A stretch of 64,000 nt of DNA from Reclinomonas americana ATCC 50394 (GCA_048213135.1 PS015009.1:1984001-2048000); one strand, 5' to 3'. Positions 38,680-49,112 are shown, counted from the stretch's first letter. Translations and numbers: made by a program. The notes: generated by a model not told the origin, from the sequence alone.

Positions 38680-39522
38680 ATGAAGCAACAGCCTATCGGG
38701 GTATTCGACAGCGGTTATGGTGGCCTTACGGTATTGAAAGAGATCGTCGGGCGCCTGCCGCAATACGATTACCTGTACCTGGGCGATAATGCCCGTTCGC
38801 CCTACGGCCCCCGCAGTTTTGAAACGGTATACGAGTATACCCTGCAATGCGTGAAGTGGCTGTTTGCCCAAGGCTGCCCGCTGGTGGTGCTGGCCTGCAA
38901 TACGGCATCGGCCAAAGCCCTGCGCAGCATACAGCAGAAAGATCTGCCGCTTATTGACCCCGAAAAGCGGGTGCTGGGCGTTATCCGCCCTACCGCTGAA
39001 GTCATCGGCAACTACAGCCTCAGTGGCGAACTGGGCGTACTGGCAACAGCAGGAACGGTATTTTCGGGTTCCTATCTCCTGGAAATAGAGAAATTTTTCC
39101 CCGAAGCCCGTGTTTTCCAGGAAGCCTGCCCCATGTGGGTACCGCTGGTGGAGAATAACGAATACCAGTCGGAGGGCGCCGATTATTTCATTAAAAAGCA
39201 TATTAACCACCTGCTGGGACAATCGGAGGGAATTGACACGCTGTTGCTGGCCTGTACCCACTACCCGCTGCTGCTGGACAAGATCAGGGCCGTTGTTCCT
39301 GAAGGGATCACCATCCTGTCGCAGGGAGAGATCGTAGCCGCCAGCCTGGAGGATTATCTGGTACGCCATCCCGAAATTGCCGGCAAGTGCAGCACGGGGG
39401 GGCAATACCGGTTCTATACCACCGATTCAACGGAAGATTTTGACAACCATGCCACCGTTTTCTTCGGTAAAGCCGTGTCATCCAGCCATTTGGACCTGGA
39501 ACTGGAAAAAAACAACCTTTAA
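38680..39522 (+). CDS. murI: Glutamate racemase
   Basis: IGVFDSGYGGLT, ACNTAS and LACTHYP motifs. Confidence 0.96.
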   Translation: MKQQPIGVFDSGYGGLTVLKEIVGRLPQYDYLYLGDNARSPYGPRSFETVYEYTLQCVKWLFAQGCPLVVLACNTASAKALRSIQQKDLPLIDPEKRVLGVIRPTAEVIGNYSLSGELGVLATAGTVFSGSYLLEIEKFFPEARVFQEACPMWVPLVENNEYQSEGADYFIKKHINHLLGQSEGIDTLLLACTHYPLLLDKIRAVVPEGITILSQGEIVAASLEDYLVRHPEIAGKCSTGGQYRFYTTDSTEDFDNHATVFFGKAVSSSHLDLELEKNNL

Positions 39523-39637
39523 CCCGTACTTACTGTACAATTTTCCCTACCTTTGCCGTCCTTTCAAAACCAACGGGGATGGTGCCCTGGTGGAAGTTTT
39601 TAGAAAAATAATTTTGTAAAAGGAAAAAATTACAACA

Positions 39638-39805
39638 ATGCCAGGTAAAAAAAGAACCTATCAGCCCCATAAACGCCGCAGGAAATCTGTACACGGATTC
39701 CGTCAGCGTATGCAAACTGCCAACGGCCGTAAAGTGCTGGCCAGCCGCAGGAGGAAAGGACGTCATAAACTGACTGTTTCCAGCGAACACGGGAGCAAAA
39801 AATAG
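39638..39805 (+). CDS. rpmH: 50S ribosomal protein L34 (not in the ORF track)
   Basis: Manual translation gives [55 protein letters not shown]. Confidence 0.97.
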   Translation: MPGKKRTYQPHKRRRKSVHGFRQRMQTANGRKVLASRRRKGRHKLTVSSEHGSKK

Positions 39806-39845
39806 ATAAAGATGACCCCTTCAACGGGGAATTCAAGATATACAG

Positions 39846-39870
39846 GTCCTGCCATGCGCAGGACTTTTTT
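39846..39870 (+). terminator. Intrinsic terminator after rpmH
   Basis: GTCCTGC-catgc-GCAGGAC followed by a T run. Confidence 0.75.
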
Positions 39871-39881
39871 ATTTTTGTGTA

Positions 39882-40292
39882 TTGAACGAACAGCCACGAT
39901 ACCGGTTAGGCGCCACAGACCGCTTAAAAAGCCGCAAGCGCATTGAACAGCTCTTCAGGGAAGGGAAAGCCTTCTCGCATTTCCCTTTCAGGGTCGTATA
40001 TCGTAAAGAAGCCGGTAACGACAGCAACCGCCTGCAGGCAGGGTTTACGGTAAGTACCCGGTTCTTTAAGAAATCGGTCGACAGGAACCGTATCCGTCGA
40101 CAGATGCGGGAAGCCTACCGTTTGCAAAAACATTCCCTGTATGAAGATCTGGGCAGCACCGGTCAGCGGTTGCTCGTGTTCTTTATTTATACCGGTAATG
40201 ATATGCCGGAATATAAAGACATTGTTGCTAAAACAGGAACGGCCCTCAAACGGCTTCAAAAGATAATACATGAAACTGGCTCACCTGCTTAG
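39882..40292 (+). CDS. rnpA: Ribonuclease P protein component
   Basis: [12 protein letters not shown]...[22 protein letters not shown] start. Confidence 0.95.
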   Translation: MNEQPRYRLGATDRLKSRKRIEQLFREGKAFSHFPFRVVYRKEAGNDSNRLQAGFTVSTRFFKKSVDRNRIRRQMREAYRLQKHSLYEDLGSTGQRLLVFFIYTGNDMPEYKDIVAKTGTALKRLQKIIHETGSPA

Positions 40293-40497
40293 TCTGCCTT
40301 TCATCGGGCTCATACGCCTGTACCAGCTCATCATTTCACCCTGGCTGGGCAGCAAGTGCCGTTATACGCCTACCTGTTCGCAGTATGGCATTGAGGCGTT
40401 TAAAAAATATGGTCCCATCAAAGGCTTCTGGCTCACACTCAAACGCGTGGGGCGCTGCCATCCCTGGGGCGGGCACGGACATGACCCCGTTCCCTAA
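40270..40497 (+). CDS. yidD: Membrane protein insertion efficiency factor YidD
   Basis: [31 protein letters not shown]. Confidence 0.96.
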   Translation: MKLAHLLSLPFIGLIRLYQLIISPWLGSKCRYTPTCSQYGIEAFKKYGPIKGFWLTLKRVGRCHPWGGHGHDPVP

Positions 40498-40558
40498 TCA
40501 AATACGAATCAGGAATTACGAATGATGGGTATGAATAAGAGGAGATTTTAACTTAATA

Positions 40559-40589
40559 AAAAAGCCCCAACACCTTGTCGGGGCTTTTT
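40559..40589. terminator. Bidirectional terminator
   Basis: AAAAAGCCCCAACA-cct-TGTCGGGGCTTTT. Confidence 0.8.
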
Positions 40590-40609
40590 AGTTTTATGCT
40601 GAAGTCGGT

Positions 40610-41212
40610 TTATGCGGCTTCAAAACGTTCTGCTACTTTGGCCCAGTTCACCACGTTCCAGAAAGCATTGAGGTAGTCGGGACGTTTGTTCTGGTATTTC
40701 AGGTAGTAAGCGTGTTCCCATACGTCGCAGCCCAGGATGGGTGTGCCTTTTACTTCAGCCACATCCATCAGCGGGTTATCCTGGTTAGGGGTTGACGATA
40801 CTTCCAGTTTGCCGTCTTTTACGATCAGCCATGCCCAGCCACTGCCGAAACGGGTGGTACCGGCTGTGTTGAACTTTTCTTTGAATGCGTCGAAAGAACC
40901 GAATGCCGCGTTGATGGCGTCGGCCAGTTTACCTGAAGGAGCACCACCGGCATTAGGCGCCAGGCTTTCCCAGAAGAAACTGTGGTTCCAGTGGCCACCG
41001 CCATTGTTGCGTACCGCCGGGCTGATGCTGCCCGCGGAAGCTACCAGCTGCCCGATCGTTTTACTTTCGTTATCCGTTCCGGCAATCGCTTTGTTCAGGT
41101 TATCTACATAAGCCTGGTGGTGTTTGCCATGGTGTATCTGCATGGTGGTGGTGTCGATATGTGGCTCTAAAGCATCATGCGCATAGGGAAGAGCCGGTAA
41201 AGTGAATGCCAT
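40610..41212 (-). CDS. sodA: Mn/Fe superoxide dismutase
   Basis: [26 protein letters not shown] and DVWEHAYY motifs. Confidence 0.93.
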   Translation of the reverse strand: MAFTLPALPYAHDALEPHIDTTTMQIHHGKHHQAYVDNLNKAIAGTDNESKTIGQLVASAGSISPAVRNNGGGHWNHSFFWESLAPNAGGAPSGKLADAINAAFGSFDAFKEKFNTAGTTRFGSGWAWLIVKDGKLEVSSTPNQDNPLMDVAEVKGTPILGCDVWEHAYYLKYQNKRPDYLNAFWNVVNWAKVAERFEAA

Positions 41213-41293
41213 AGTATTTGATTTTATTTTATGAAATCGTTGTGAAATGAATGTCTGCGAATTTACGTTATCTATTTCCTTTTTCCCGGTAAA

Positions 41294-41662
41294 ATGAAAC
41301 AAATCCTGTTCCTCTTTTTTACGTTTTGCGGAATTTGTAAGTTGCCTGCACAACCTGCGGCACCTGGTATATTGACCGATAGCGGAACAAAGAAGGCAGC
41401 GCCACCATTGCCCAAAATATCCGTACGCCTTTCTCCTAACCCGGTAAAGAATAAACTCAGCATAGAGCTGGAGGGGTTTAACCCGGGAACCGTACGGCTG
41501 CAGTTATTTGACTGGAAAGGGGTATTGCGCCGCGATGAAACAAGGCGGCTTTTTGATGGCCGCGACCTGGTTACGATGATGTTCTCCCTTCCGCCGGGGA
41601 TATATTTCCTCATCATCAGCCAGGAGGGGCGATCTTATAAAAGAAAAGTAGTCGTCAGCTGA
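41294..41662 (+). CDS. Small protein consisting of a signal peptide and a T9SS type A sorting domain
   Basis: [10 protein letters not shown]...SLPPGIYFL...KRKVVV. Confidence 0.7.
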   Translation: MKQILFLFFTFCGICKLPAQPAAPGILTDSGTKKAAPPLPKISVRLSPNPVKNKLSIELEGFNPGTVRLQLFDWKGVLRRDETRRLFDGRDLVTMMFSLPPGIYFLIISQEGRSYKRKVVVS

Positions 41663-42106
41663 TCATCGCCGGGCTTTGAAGAAATCCTTCATCAGCCTGG
41701 CACACTCTTCTTTCAGCACGCCGCCTGTAATGGTGGTTTTGGGATGATAAGGATTATTGGCACCACAGCTCTTCCGGTAACCATTCTTCTCATCTTCCGT
41801 ACCATATACTACCCGGCCGATCTTACTCCAGTACAGGGCGCCGGCACACATCAGGCAGGTTTCAACCGTTACAAACAACGTGGCATCGGGCAGGTACTTG
41901 CTGCCGAGATAATTGAAGGCGGTGGTAAGGGCGAGTATCTCCGCATGAGCGGTACTGTCGTTCAGCAGCTCCACCTGGTTATGCGCCCGGGCAATGATCC
42001 TGTCATCCATTACGATGATGGCGCCAACGGGCACTTCGCCTGCGTCATAGGCTTTACGGGCCTCCTGCAATGCCTGTTGCATATACTGCTCGTCTGTGGT
42101 GGTCAT
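41663..42106 (-). CDS. tadA: tRNA adenosine deaminase-like nucleoside deaminase
   Basis: GEVPVGA, TAHAE and ETCLMCAGA motifs. Confidence 0.88.
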   Translation of the reverse strand: MTTTDEQYMQQALQEARKAYDAGEVPVGAIIVMDDRIIARAHNQVELLNDSTAHAEILALTTAFNYLGSKYLPDATLFVTVETCLMCAGALYWSKIGRVVYGTEDEKNGYRKSCGANNPYHPKTTITGGVLKEECARLMKDFFKARR

Positions 42107-42149
42107 ATTCAGGTTGAATGCTATAACTTGTGAGACAAAAGTAACGCTA

Positions 42150-43524
42150 ATGCCCGATTTAAACCGCCTGGCCAGCATGCGCCGCTTCTTCGACAGCGGC
42201 GCCACCCGCAGCCGGGATTTCCGGAAGGAACAGCTTAAAAAACTGCAGGCTGCGGTACAACAGGCAGAACTGCCGCTGCAGCAGGCATTGTATGCCGATC
42301 TGAAAAAAAAATCCTGAAGAAAGCTGGATCACGGAAACGGGGTTCCTGCTGAACGAGATACGCGACCAGTTGAAACACCTGCGCAACAGGATGAGCGCGG
42401 AGACGGTATCTACCAACCTGCTCAATATTCCATCTCAAAGTTATATAGTACCAGAACCGCTGGGTGTAGTACTGATTATTGCCCCGTGGAATTATCCTTT
42501 GCAGTTGCTCTTTACCCCGCTGGCCGGTGCCATCGCCGCCGGGAACTGCGTGGTGCTGAAAGCCTCCGAATTTGCTCCCGCTACAGCTTCGGTAATGAAG
42601 AAACTGGTTGAAGACAACTTTCCTCCTGAATATATTTCTTTTACCGATGAGGATGGCGCCACAGTCATACCCGCCATGATGAATGGTTTCCGGTTTGATC
42701 ATGTTTTTTATACCGGCAGTACGGCGGTTGGAAAGGTTATTTATAAAATGGCGGCAGAACAACTGGTGCCGGTAACGCTGGAATTAGGTGGTAAAAGCCC
42801 CTGCGTGGTGGAAGCCGATGCCAACATAACGGTGGCGGCTAAACGTATTGCTATGGCTAAGTTCTCCAATGCCGGTCAAATGTGTATTGCGCCGGATTAT
42901 GTGCTGGTACACCGTTCCAAAAAGGCGGAACTGGTAACGGAACTCGGCAAGGCCCTTCGCCGGTTTTTTGGAGAAGACGCATCAAAGAGTGATGAATATG
43001 GGAAGATCATCAACGCGAAACAGTTTGACCGTTTGTCGGCCTGCCTGGATGGACAACAACTGCTCATGGGCGGCCAGCTGAATAAAGAACAATTATACAT
43101 TGAACCCACACTGGTGGATGAACCGGCACCGGGTACAGCATTGATGGAAGAAGAAATATTCGGGCCACTGCTGCCGGTTGTTGGGTTTGATACCGCGGAC
43201 GAGGCCAAAACCATTATTGCCCGGCACCCCAATCCGCTGGCGATGTATATATTCACCGGCAGTAAGAAAAAAGCGGAGCAATGGCTGGCTGATGTGCCGT
43301 TCGGCGGCGGTTGCATCAACAATACAGCCTTACATTTTACCAATCATAACCTGCCTTTTGGTGGGCGGGGTTTTAGTGGTACGGGACAGTATCATGGAAA
43401 ATTTTCTTTTGATACTTTCAGTCATAAAAAGGCTGTACTCAAATCGCCTAATTGGTTTGATCCCGCTATTAAGTACCCGCCGTTTAAAGGGAAGTTGAGA
43501 TTGTTGAAATGGCTGACGAGGTAA
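42150..43524 (+). pseudogene. Aldehyde dehydrogenase (ALDH3-like) with a +1 frameshift in an A9 tract
   Basis: The N-terminus MPDLNR...ALYADLKK joins NPEESWITE...LELGGKSP...NAGQMCIAPDY if the A9 at 42303-42311 is read as A8. Confidence 0.85.
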
Positions 43525-43667
43525 TCCCGCAAAGACGCAAAGGGCATCTGTTGGTATAAATAGGGAACTATAAATTTCTGCTTTCTGGCTTCGCGGGAAA
43601 AATCTTCCTTTTTACAAGAGAATCAACATGTTTTTGCAAACAATGACTGATAGTTTTGCGAGAAAAC

Positions 43668-44054
43668 ATGAGACGGGAAGAAGAATTGGCTACTATTGCT
43701 GTTGACATTTGCTACAAACTGCATATAGAATTAGGACCGGGTTTATTAGAATCCGTTTATGAAGAGGCATTTGTTTATGAGCTGCTAAAACGAGGAATAG
43801 ATTTTACACGCCAGCAACATATTCCTGTATTTTATGATAACAAACAGTTAGGCAATGGTTTCAGGGCTGATCTTATTCTTGAGGACAGGTTATTGGTTGA
43901 AATCAAATCCATAGAGAAACTGGAAAAAGTTCATCACAAAATTGTACTTACTTATCTCAGGTTATCAGGCATAAAGTTGGCCATCCTTGTTAACTTTAAC
44001 GTAAACCTGGTCAGGGAAGGTATATGCAGGAAGATAAATTCGCAATACATTTGA
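43668..44054 (+). CDS. GxxExxY protein (PD-(D/E)xK-like)
   Basis: LGPGLLESVYE, FRADLILEDRLLVEIKS and LVNFN motifs. Confidence 0.93.
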   Translation: MRREEELATIAVDICYKLHIELGPGLLESVYEEAFVYELLKRGIDFTRQQHIPVFYDNKQLGNGFRADLILEDRLLVEIKSIEKLEKVHHKIVLTYLRLSGIKLAILVNFNVNLVREGICRKINSQYI

Positions 44055-44076
44055 CGTGACGTAAAAGACACTAATC

Positions 44077-44664
44077 ATGACCATTCGCCAACGCCTGCTT
44101 AAAGCCGTATATCCTTTATTTGTATGGTATTCCAAAAAGAAAGGAAAGAATTCAGGTAATATTGAAGGAAAGGCAACACCACCGCCTGTGCCTTTTTATT
44201 CCCTGAAAGGAACGGCTATTAACGGAAGCGAGTTTGATTTCGCTTCATTGAAAGGAAAAAAGGTATTGCTGGTGAATACGGCGTCCGACTGTGGTTATAC
44301 CGGTCAGTATGACGGGTTGGAACAGCTCTGGCGGCAGTACCAGGACAGGATGATCATCATTGGTTTCCCGGCCAATGACTTTAAGGAGCAGGAAAAAGGC
44401 AGCAATGAGGATATCGAGCAGTTCTGTAAGATCAATTATGGGGTTAGTTTTCCGCTGATGCAGAAAAGCTCGGTGGTGGAAGGCCCGCAGCAGAACCCCG
44501 TTTATCAATGGCTGACCAGCCCGCAGCAGAACGGCTGGAATAAAGTGCAGCCTTCCTGGAATTTCAGCAAATACCTCGTCAATGAACAGGGACAACTGAT
44601 CCATTATTTCGGCCCCGCGGTAGAACCTATGAGTGATGAACTGATCAGCGAAATAAAAAAATAG
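44077..44664 (+). CDS. Glutathione peroxidase
   Basis: VNTASDCGYT, GFPANDF and WNFSKYLV motifs. Confidence 0.93.
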   Translation: MTIRQRLLKAVYPLFVWYSKKKGKNSGNIEGKATPPPVPFYSLKGTAINGSEFDFASLKGKKVLLVNTASDCGYTGQYDGLEQLWRQYQDRMIIIGFPANDFKEQEKGSNEDIEQFCKINYGVSFPLMQKSSVVEGPQQNPVYQWLTSPQQNGWNKVQPSWNFSKYLVNEQGQLIHYFGPAVEPMSDELISEIKK

Positions 44665-44670
44665 ATCGTT

Positions 44671-45209
44671 ATGGAGATAAGAGACCTGAGTTTTATACAC
44701 AAATATTTCCTGGCCGAAAAGCAGGAGAGTTTTGTGTTCCTTATTATTGGCGGCGTTTCCGTAATTGCCGCGATCGTTTTTTCTTTTTTATAAAAAACAA
44801 TCCTTCTTTTTTTAAAGGGGCAGCCCTTCCTTTATTGGTGATCGGGCTGGTGCAACTGGCGGCGGGTTATACCATTTATTCCCGTACAGATAAACAACGT
44901 ATGGATGTGGCGTATAAAATGGGCATGGAGCCCGTGCGCTATACCCAGTCTGACGAGTTACCAAGAATGCAGCAGGTAATGAAAAGGTTTGCCATCTTCC
45001 GCTGGGTGGAGATACTGTGTTTTGTTGGTGGATTATTATTGGTATTCCTGCTCCGCAAACAGCCCGAAAAGGCCTTCTGGTACGGGTTAGGTTTAACACT
45101 CGCCATACAGGCCGCAATCACTTTTACGGCAGATACCGTTGCGGAAAGAAGAGGAGAAGTGTATACGGGTGAACTGCTAAAGATTGTTGGACCAGATCCG
45201 GCGCCTTAA
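44671..45209 (+). pseudogene. Membrane protein split by a -1 frameshift in a T6-C-T6 tract
   Basis: MEIRDLSFIHKYFLAEKQES...AAIVF joins FFFIKNNPSFFKGAALPLLVIG... if one T is added at 44777-44789. Confidence 0.75.
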
Positions 45210-46246
45210 TCTACCGGGCATTTTTCGTGGTAATTGATGAGTTCTATCGGTGTTTTGGTAAATTCAAAACCACTGTATTTCGTTACGATCTCGTCGAGCA
45301 CCGCATCTATTTCTTCCACGGTTTCCAGTGTTACCAGTTTATAACGGTAGTCTTTAATACCGGGCATACCTTTAAGGTAATTGGTATAATGCCTGCGCAT
45401 TTCAAATATGCCCACTTTGGGACCTTTCCACTCAAAAGATTTATGAAGATGTTTTTTGCAAACAGCCACACGGTCCTCAATGGAAGGTGACGGCAGGTGA
45501 GTGCCTGTTTGCAGGTAGTGTTTGATCTCGTTGAATATCCAGGGATAACCAATAGCTGCACGGCCAATCATAATGCCATCTACGCCATACTTGTTTTTAT
45601 ATTCCAGGGCTTTTTCAGGACTGTCGATATCGCCATTGCCAAAAATGGGGATTTGTATCCTGGGATTGTTTTTCACCTTGCCGATCAGTTCCCAGTCGGC
45701 AGAACCTTTGTACATCTGCGTACGGGTACGGCCATGAATGGCGAGTGCTTTAATGCCGATATCCTGCAGCCGTTCGGCCACTTCTTCAATATTCTTGGTA
45801 TTGTCGTCCCAGCCCAGCCTCGTTTTTACCGTTACCGGCAATGAAGTGGATTTTACCACGGCGCTGGTCAGCCTTACCATCAGGTCAATATCTTTCAGCA
45901 CCCCTGCGCCAGCACCTCTCATCGCCACTTTTTTTACTGGGCAGCCGAAGTTGATGTCCAGCAGGTCGGGACTCGTTACATCTACGATCTTAGCCGCCAG
46001 GGACAGGCTTTCCTCATCTCCGCCGAATATCTGTATGCCGATGGGCTTTTCATAATCGAATATGTCGAGTTTCTGCCGGCTTTTGATCGCGTCGCGGATC
46101 AACCCTTCGCTGCTGATGAACTCTGTATACATCAGGTCGGCCCCATGGTCCTTGCAAACCGCCCGGAAGGGCGGATCACTCACGTCTTCCATAGGCGCCA
46201 GTAATAACGGAAATTCAGGCAGTTGTATGTGACCAATCTGGGGCAT
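45206..46246 (-). CDS. dusB: tRNA-dihydrouridine synthase B
   Basis: LAPMEDVSD, DINFGCP, IHGRT and GNGDI motifs. Confidence 0.95.
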   Translation of the reverse strand: MPQIGHIQLPEFPLLLAPMEDVSDPPFRAVCKDHGADLMYTEFISSEGLIRDAIKSRQKLDIFDYEKPIGIQIFGGDEESLSLAAKIVDVTSPDLLDINFGCPVKKVAMRGAGAGVLKDIDLMVRLTSAVVKSTSLPVTVKTRLGWDDNTKNIEEVAERLQDIGIKALAIHGRTRTQMYKGSADWELIGKVKNNPRIQIPIFGNGDIDSPEKALEYKNKYGVDGIMIGRAAIGYPWIFNEIKHYLQTGTHLPSPSIEDRVAVCKKHLHKSFEWKGPKVGIFEMRRHYTNYLKGMPGIKDYRYKLVTLETVEEIDAVLDEIVTKYSGFEFTKTPIELINYHEKCPVD

Positions 46247-46312
46247 GCTGTTCTTTTAAACTCTTACTCTGTGTATATTGCACGGCAAATTTACAACTAA
46301 TCTCCCCAGGAT

Positions 46313-47299
46313 ATGCAATACAGCTCCGTTAAAGGTTATACAGGATGGTCGCAGTTGGGCATCTTATTGCTTTTTACGGGGTTAGGTATCATCCTGGCAG
46401 GTATTTGCCAGCTGGCCATCGGCTCGCAACTGGTGGCTCCCGGTATTCCGGCATCGGAAAAATCCGCGGCTATGATGAAAGCGTTCATGAGCCCGGAAAA
46501 TGTGGGTTATGCCCGGGTATCGCAGATATTAGGTACTTTTTTCATCATGTGTGTGCCGGCGCTCCTGTACCTGTGGGTTTGCCATGGCCGCAACAGTTTC
46601 TGGCTGGGATTCAACCGGTATATCAATTATAAACAGGTCATCGTTGGATTTTTCCTCATTTTCCTGGCCAACCTTATCGCCGCCCCCCTGGCCGATTTGA
46701 GTAAATCAGTAGTGGCCCATTTCCCCGCCCTTAATGAGATGGCACTTAAGATGGAGAAAACCTACCAGGACCAGGTGAAAACGCTCAGTAACCTGGGCAG
46801 CTGGGGCGAGTTTTTTATGGCGCTGGTCATTATGGCTTTCTTCCCCGCGCTTTTTGAAGAACTCTTTTTCAGGGGTGCGTTACAGGGGTTGCTGGAACGC
46901 TGGTGGAAAAAGCCGCTGCTGGCGCTTATCGTTACTTCCCTGGTATTCAGTTTCATTCACGCGTCCATCTATCTTTTCCTGAGCAGGGCGGTACTGGGTT
47001 TTGTACTGGGGCTGATGTACCAGCGCAGCCGCAACATCTGGGTCAATATCATCGCCCATTTCCTGAACAACGCCGTGGTGCTGATGCAGCTGTTCTGGAT
47101 CACCAGTGCCAAAGGAAAAATTGAGCCCGACAAACTCGATCCGCGATTCCCGGTATGGATGGGGTTGTTGGCTCTCGGACTTACGGTGGCACTTTTTTAT
47201 TTTTTCGATAAGGCGTCCGATAAGAACCGAACACAAATCGCTTTTCAGGAACAGAACCTGCTCGACCAGCAGGGCGGTCATCCCCAATCATTGGCATAA
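46313..47299 (+). CDS. CPBP (Abi/CAAX) intramembrane metalloprotease
   Basis: EELFFRG, FSFIH and AHFLNN motifs. Confidence 0.92.
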   Translation: MQYSSVKGYTGWSQLGILLLFTGLGIILAGICQLAIGSQLVAPGIPASEKSAAMMKAFMSPENVGYARVSQILGTFFIMCVPALLYLWVCHGRNSFWLGFNRYINYKQVIVGFFLIFLANLIAAPLADLSKSVVAHFPALNEMALKMEKTYQDQVKTLSNLGSWGEFFMALVIMAFFPALFEELFFRGALQGLLERWWKKPLLALIVTSLVFSFIHASIYLFLSRAVLGFVLGLMYQRSRNIWVNIIAHFLNNAVVLMQLFWITSAKGKIEPDKLDPRFPVWMGLLALGLTVALFYFFDKASDKNRTQIAFQEQNLLDQQGGHPQSLA

Positions 47300-47315
47300 C
47301 CATCAAAATACCAAT

Positions 47316-48011
47316 ATGGCATTTCATTTTGCTACATTCAGAACCCGGGCGCTTACGGCGCTGGTATTTGTTGCCGTTATGCTAACCGGGTTGTTCTGGA
47401 ACTTCTGGAGTTTCCTTACCCTGTTCCTGGTCATTCATTTCGGTTGCTGGTATGAGTTCATTAAACTGATGAACCGCATACACGGAAAAAAAATGCTGCC
47501 TTACTGCCTGCTGGGATTATTATATATCAGCCTGCCCTGCCTGCTCATGATTGATATGTATGGCGCCCGGGAACTCAATTGTTTTGGTACCATTTTTATC
47601 TCCGGTAAAAACCTGTTGCCGCTGGCCATTTTCGCTTCTATCTGGATCAATGATACCATGGCTTACCTGGTGGGTTCATTTATTGGCCGGACGCCCTTAT
47701 CCAAAATATCACCCAAAAAAACCGTGGAAGGTACTGTTGGCGGTATGATACTGTGTGTTATTGCGGTGGGCGCACTGGCCCATTTTACACAAGGCGGCGA
47801 AAAAGCGGTTACCATAACGGCGATGTGTATCGCGGCCATTTGCGCAGTGTTTGGCACGCTGGGCGACCTGCTTGAAAGTAAGATCAAACGTATGGCCGAT
47901 GTAAAGGACAGCGGCTCTTTTATGCCTGGTCATGGAGGCTTTCTCGATCGTTTTGATTCCATGCTGATAGCTACACCGGTGGTATGGCTCTTTATTGAGT
48001 TGTGCTGCTGA
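47316..48011 (+). CDS. cdsA: Phosphatidate cytidylyltransferase
   Basis: ISPKKTVEG and KDSGSFMPGHGGFLDRFDS motifs. Confidence 0.95.
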   Translation: MAFHFATFRTRALTALVFVAVMLTGLFWNFWSFLTLFLVIHFGCWYEFIKLMNRIHGKKMLPYCLLGLLYISLPCLLMIDMYGARELNCFGTIFISGKNLLPLAIFASIWINDTMAYLVGSFIGRTPLSKISPKKTVEGTVGGMILCVIAVGALAHFTQGGEKAVTITAMCIAAICAVFGTLGDLLESKIKRMADVKDSGSFMPGHGGFLDRFDSMLIATPVVWLFIELCC

Positions 48012-48077
48012 ATTCCTTTACCATAGCGGACTGCATTCCCCGAAAGAAAGCCTATATTTGCGGCTTAAATCCCATTG

Positions 48078-48734
48078 ATGACCATACACAGAGAAGGATA
48101 CAAATCTATTGCGATAGGCACGCTCATATTCGGCGCCATTAACCTGTCGGTGTTTTATTTTTTCAGCGCTTCGCTGATGTGGCTTTGCGTAACCGTGTTT
48201 GTACTTACCCTGGCCCTTTTGCTTTTCCTCGTTTCTTTTTTCAGGGTGCCCAACCGCAAACTGACCATCCGGGACAACCAGGTGATAGCACCTGCCGATG
48301 GTAAAGTAGTGGTGATAGAAGAAGCGGTGGATGATGAATATTTCAAAACCAAAAGGCTGCAGGTGTCCATTTTTATGAGCCCGGCCAATGTACACGTCAA
48401 CCGCAACCCCATCAGTGGCGAAGTGGTCTATAACCAATACCATAAAGGAAAATACCTGGTGGCCTGGAACCCCAAATCATCTACTGAAAACGAACGTCAT
48501 TCCGTTGTTCTCCGTAAAGGGGATACGGAAATACTGGTAAAACAGATCGCCGGGGCCCTGGCCAAGCGTATTGTAAACTACCTGAAAGTAGGGCAGAAAG
48601 TAAACCAGACCGAGGAAATGGGGTTCATCAAGTTCGGCAGCCGGGTAGACCTGCTGCTGCCCGTGGGCACCAAAGTGAACGTGGGACTTAATGAAAATGT
48701 ACAGGGTGGTGTAACGGTGATCGCCACCTTATAA
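48078..48734 (+). CDS. psd: Phosphatidylserine decarboxylase proenzyme
   Basis: APADGKV, IFMSPANVHVNR and GFIKFGSRVD motifs. Confidence 0.95.
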   Translation: MTIHREGYKSIAIGTLIFGAINLSVFYFFSASLMWLCVTVFVLTLALLLFLVSFFRVPNRKLTIRDNQVIAPADGKVVVIEEAVDDEYFKTKRLQVSIFMSPANVHVNRNPISGEVVYNQYHKGKYLVAWNPKSSTENERHSVVLRKGDTEILVKQIAGALAKRIVNYLKVGQKVNQTEEMGFIKFGSRVDLLLPVGTKVNVGLNENVQGGVTVIATL

Positions 48735-48820
48735 TTTTTTTTTAACATTTTCAAATTGGCACTCTTGGCTGGTATCCCTATTTTTACCGGAAGAAATTAT
48801 TAAAACTAAAAATATCTCGA

Positions 48821-48994
48821 ATGAAAAAAGTATTGTTACTCGCTACAGCCGCTTTGTTTGTTACCGGTGTATCTTTTGCAGATAACGGTAAAAAGAAGAA
48901 GAAATGTGCTAAAGGTAAAAGCTGCTGCACAGCGAAAGAAAAAACAGAGAAATCCTGCTGCAAAGACAAAGAAAAGAAAACAGCTAAGATTTAA
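48821..48994 (+). CDS. 57 aa secreted Lys/Cys-rich peptide (not in the ORF track)
   Basis: MKKVLLLATAALFVTGVSFA-DNGKKKKKCAKGKSCCTAKEKTEKSCCKDKEKKTAKI, with an A-rich leader and a downstream terminator. Confidence 0.8.
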   Translation: MKKVLLLATAALFVTGVSFADNGKKKKKCAKGKSCCTAKEKTEKSCCKDKEKKTAKI

Positions 48995-49014
48995 GTTAAC
49001 GCTAAACGAATTGA

Positions 49015-49041
49015 AGCCTTCCATAACCGGGAGGCTTTTTT
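49015..49041 (+). terminator. Intrinsic terminator
   Basis: AAGCCTTCC-ataacc-GGGAGGCTT followed by TTTT. Confidence 0.8.
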
Positions 49042-49112
49042 GTTTACAAAGCAATTTATGGTTTACCATTACTATTTCATAGCCGGGAAGTCAATCGTGA
49101 ATTGTAAACCGG

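Noticed and set aside
38365..39405. 346 aa antisense ORF (and similar long shadow ORFs opposite pheS, bamA, DUF6089 and yicC)
   Set aside because: They lie antisense to well-supported genes, have no motifs and are expected from codon bias.
39638..40497. rpmH-rnpA-yidD as a marker of an adjacent oriC/dnaA
   Set aside because: No dnaA and no DnaA-box cluster upstream of rpmH; murI lies there instead.
44077..44664. Selenocysteine glutathione peroxidase
   Set aside because: The active-site codon is TGT (Cys) and there is no in-frame TGA.
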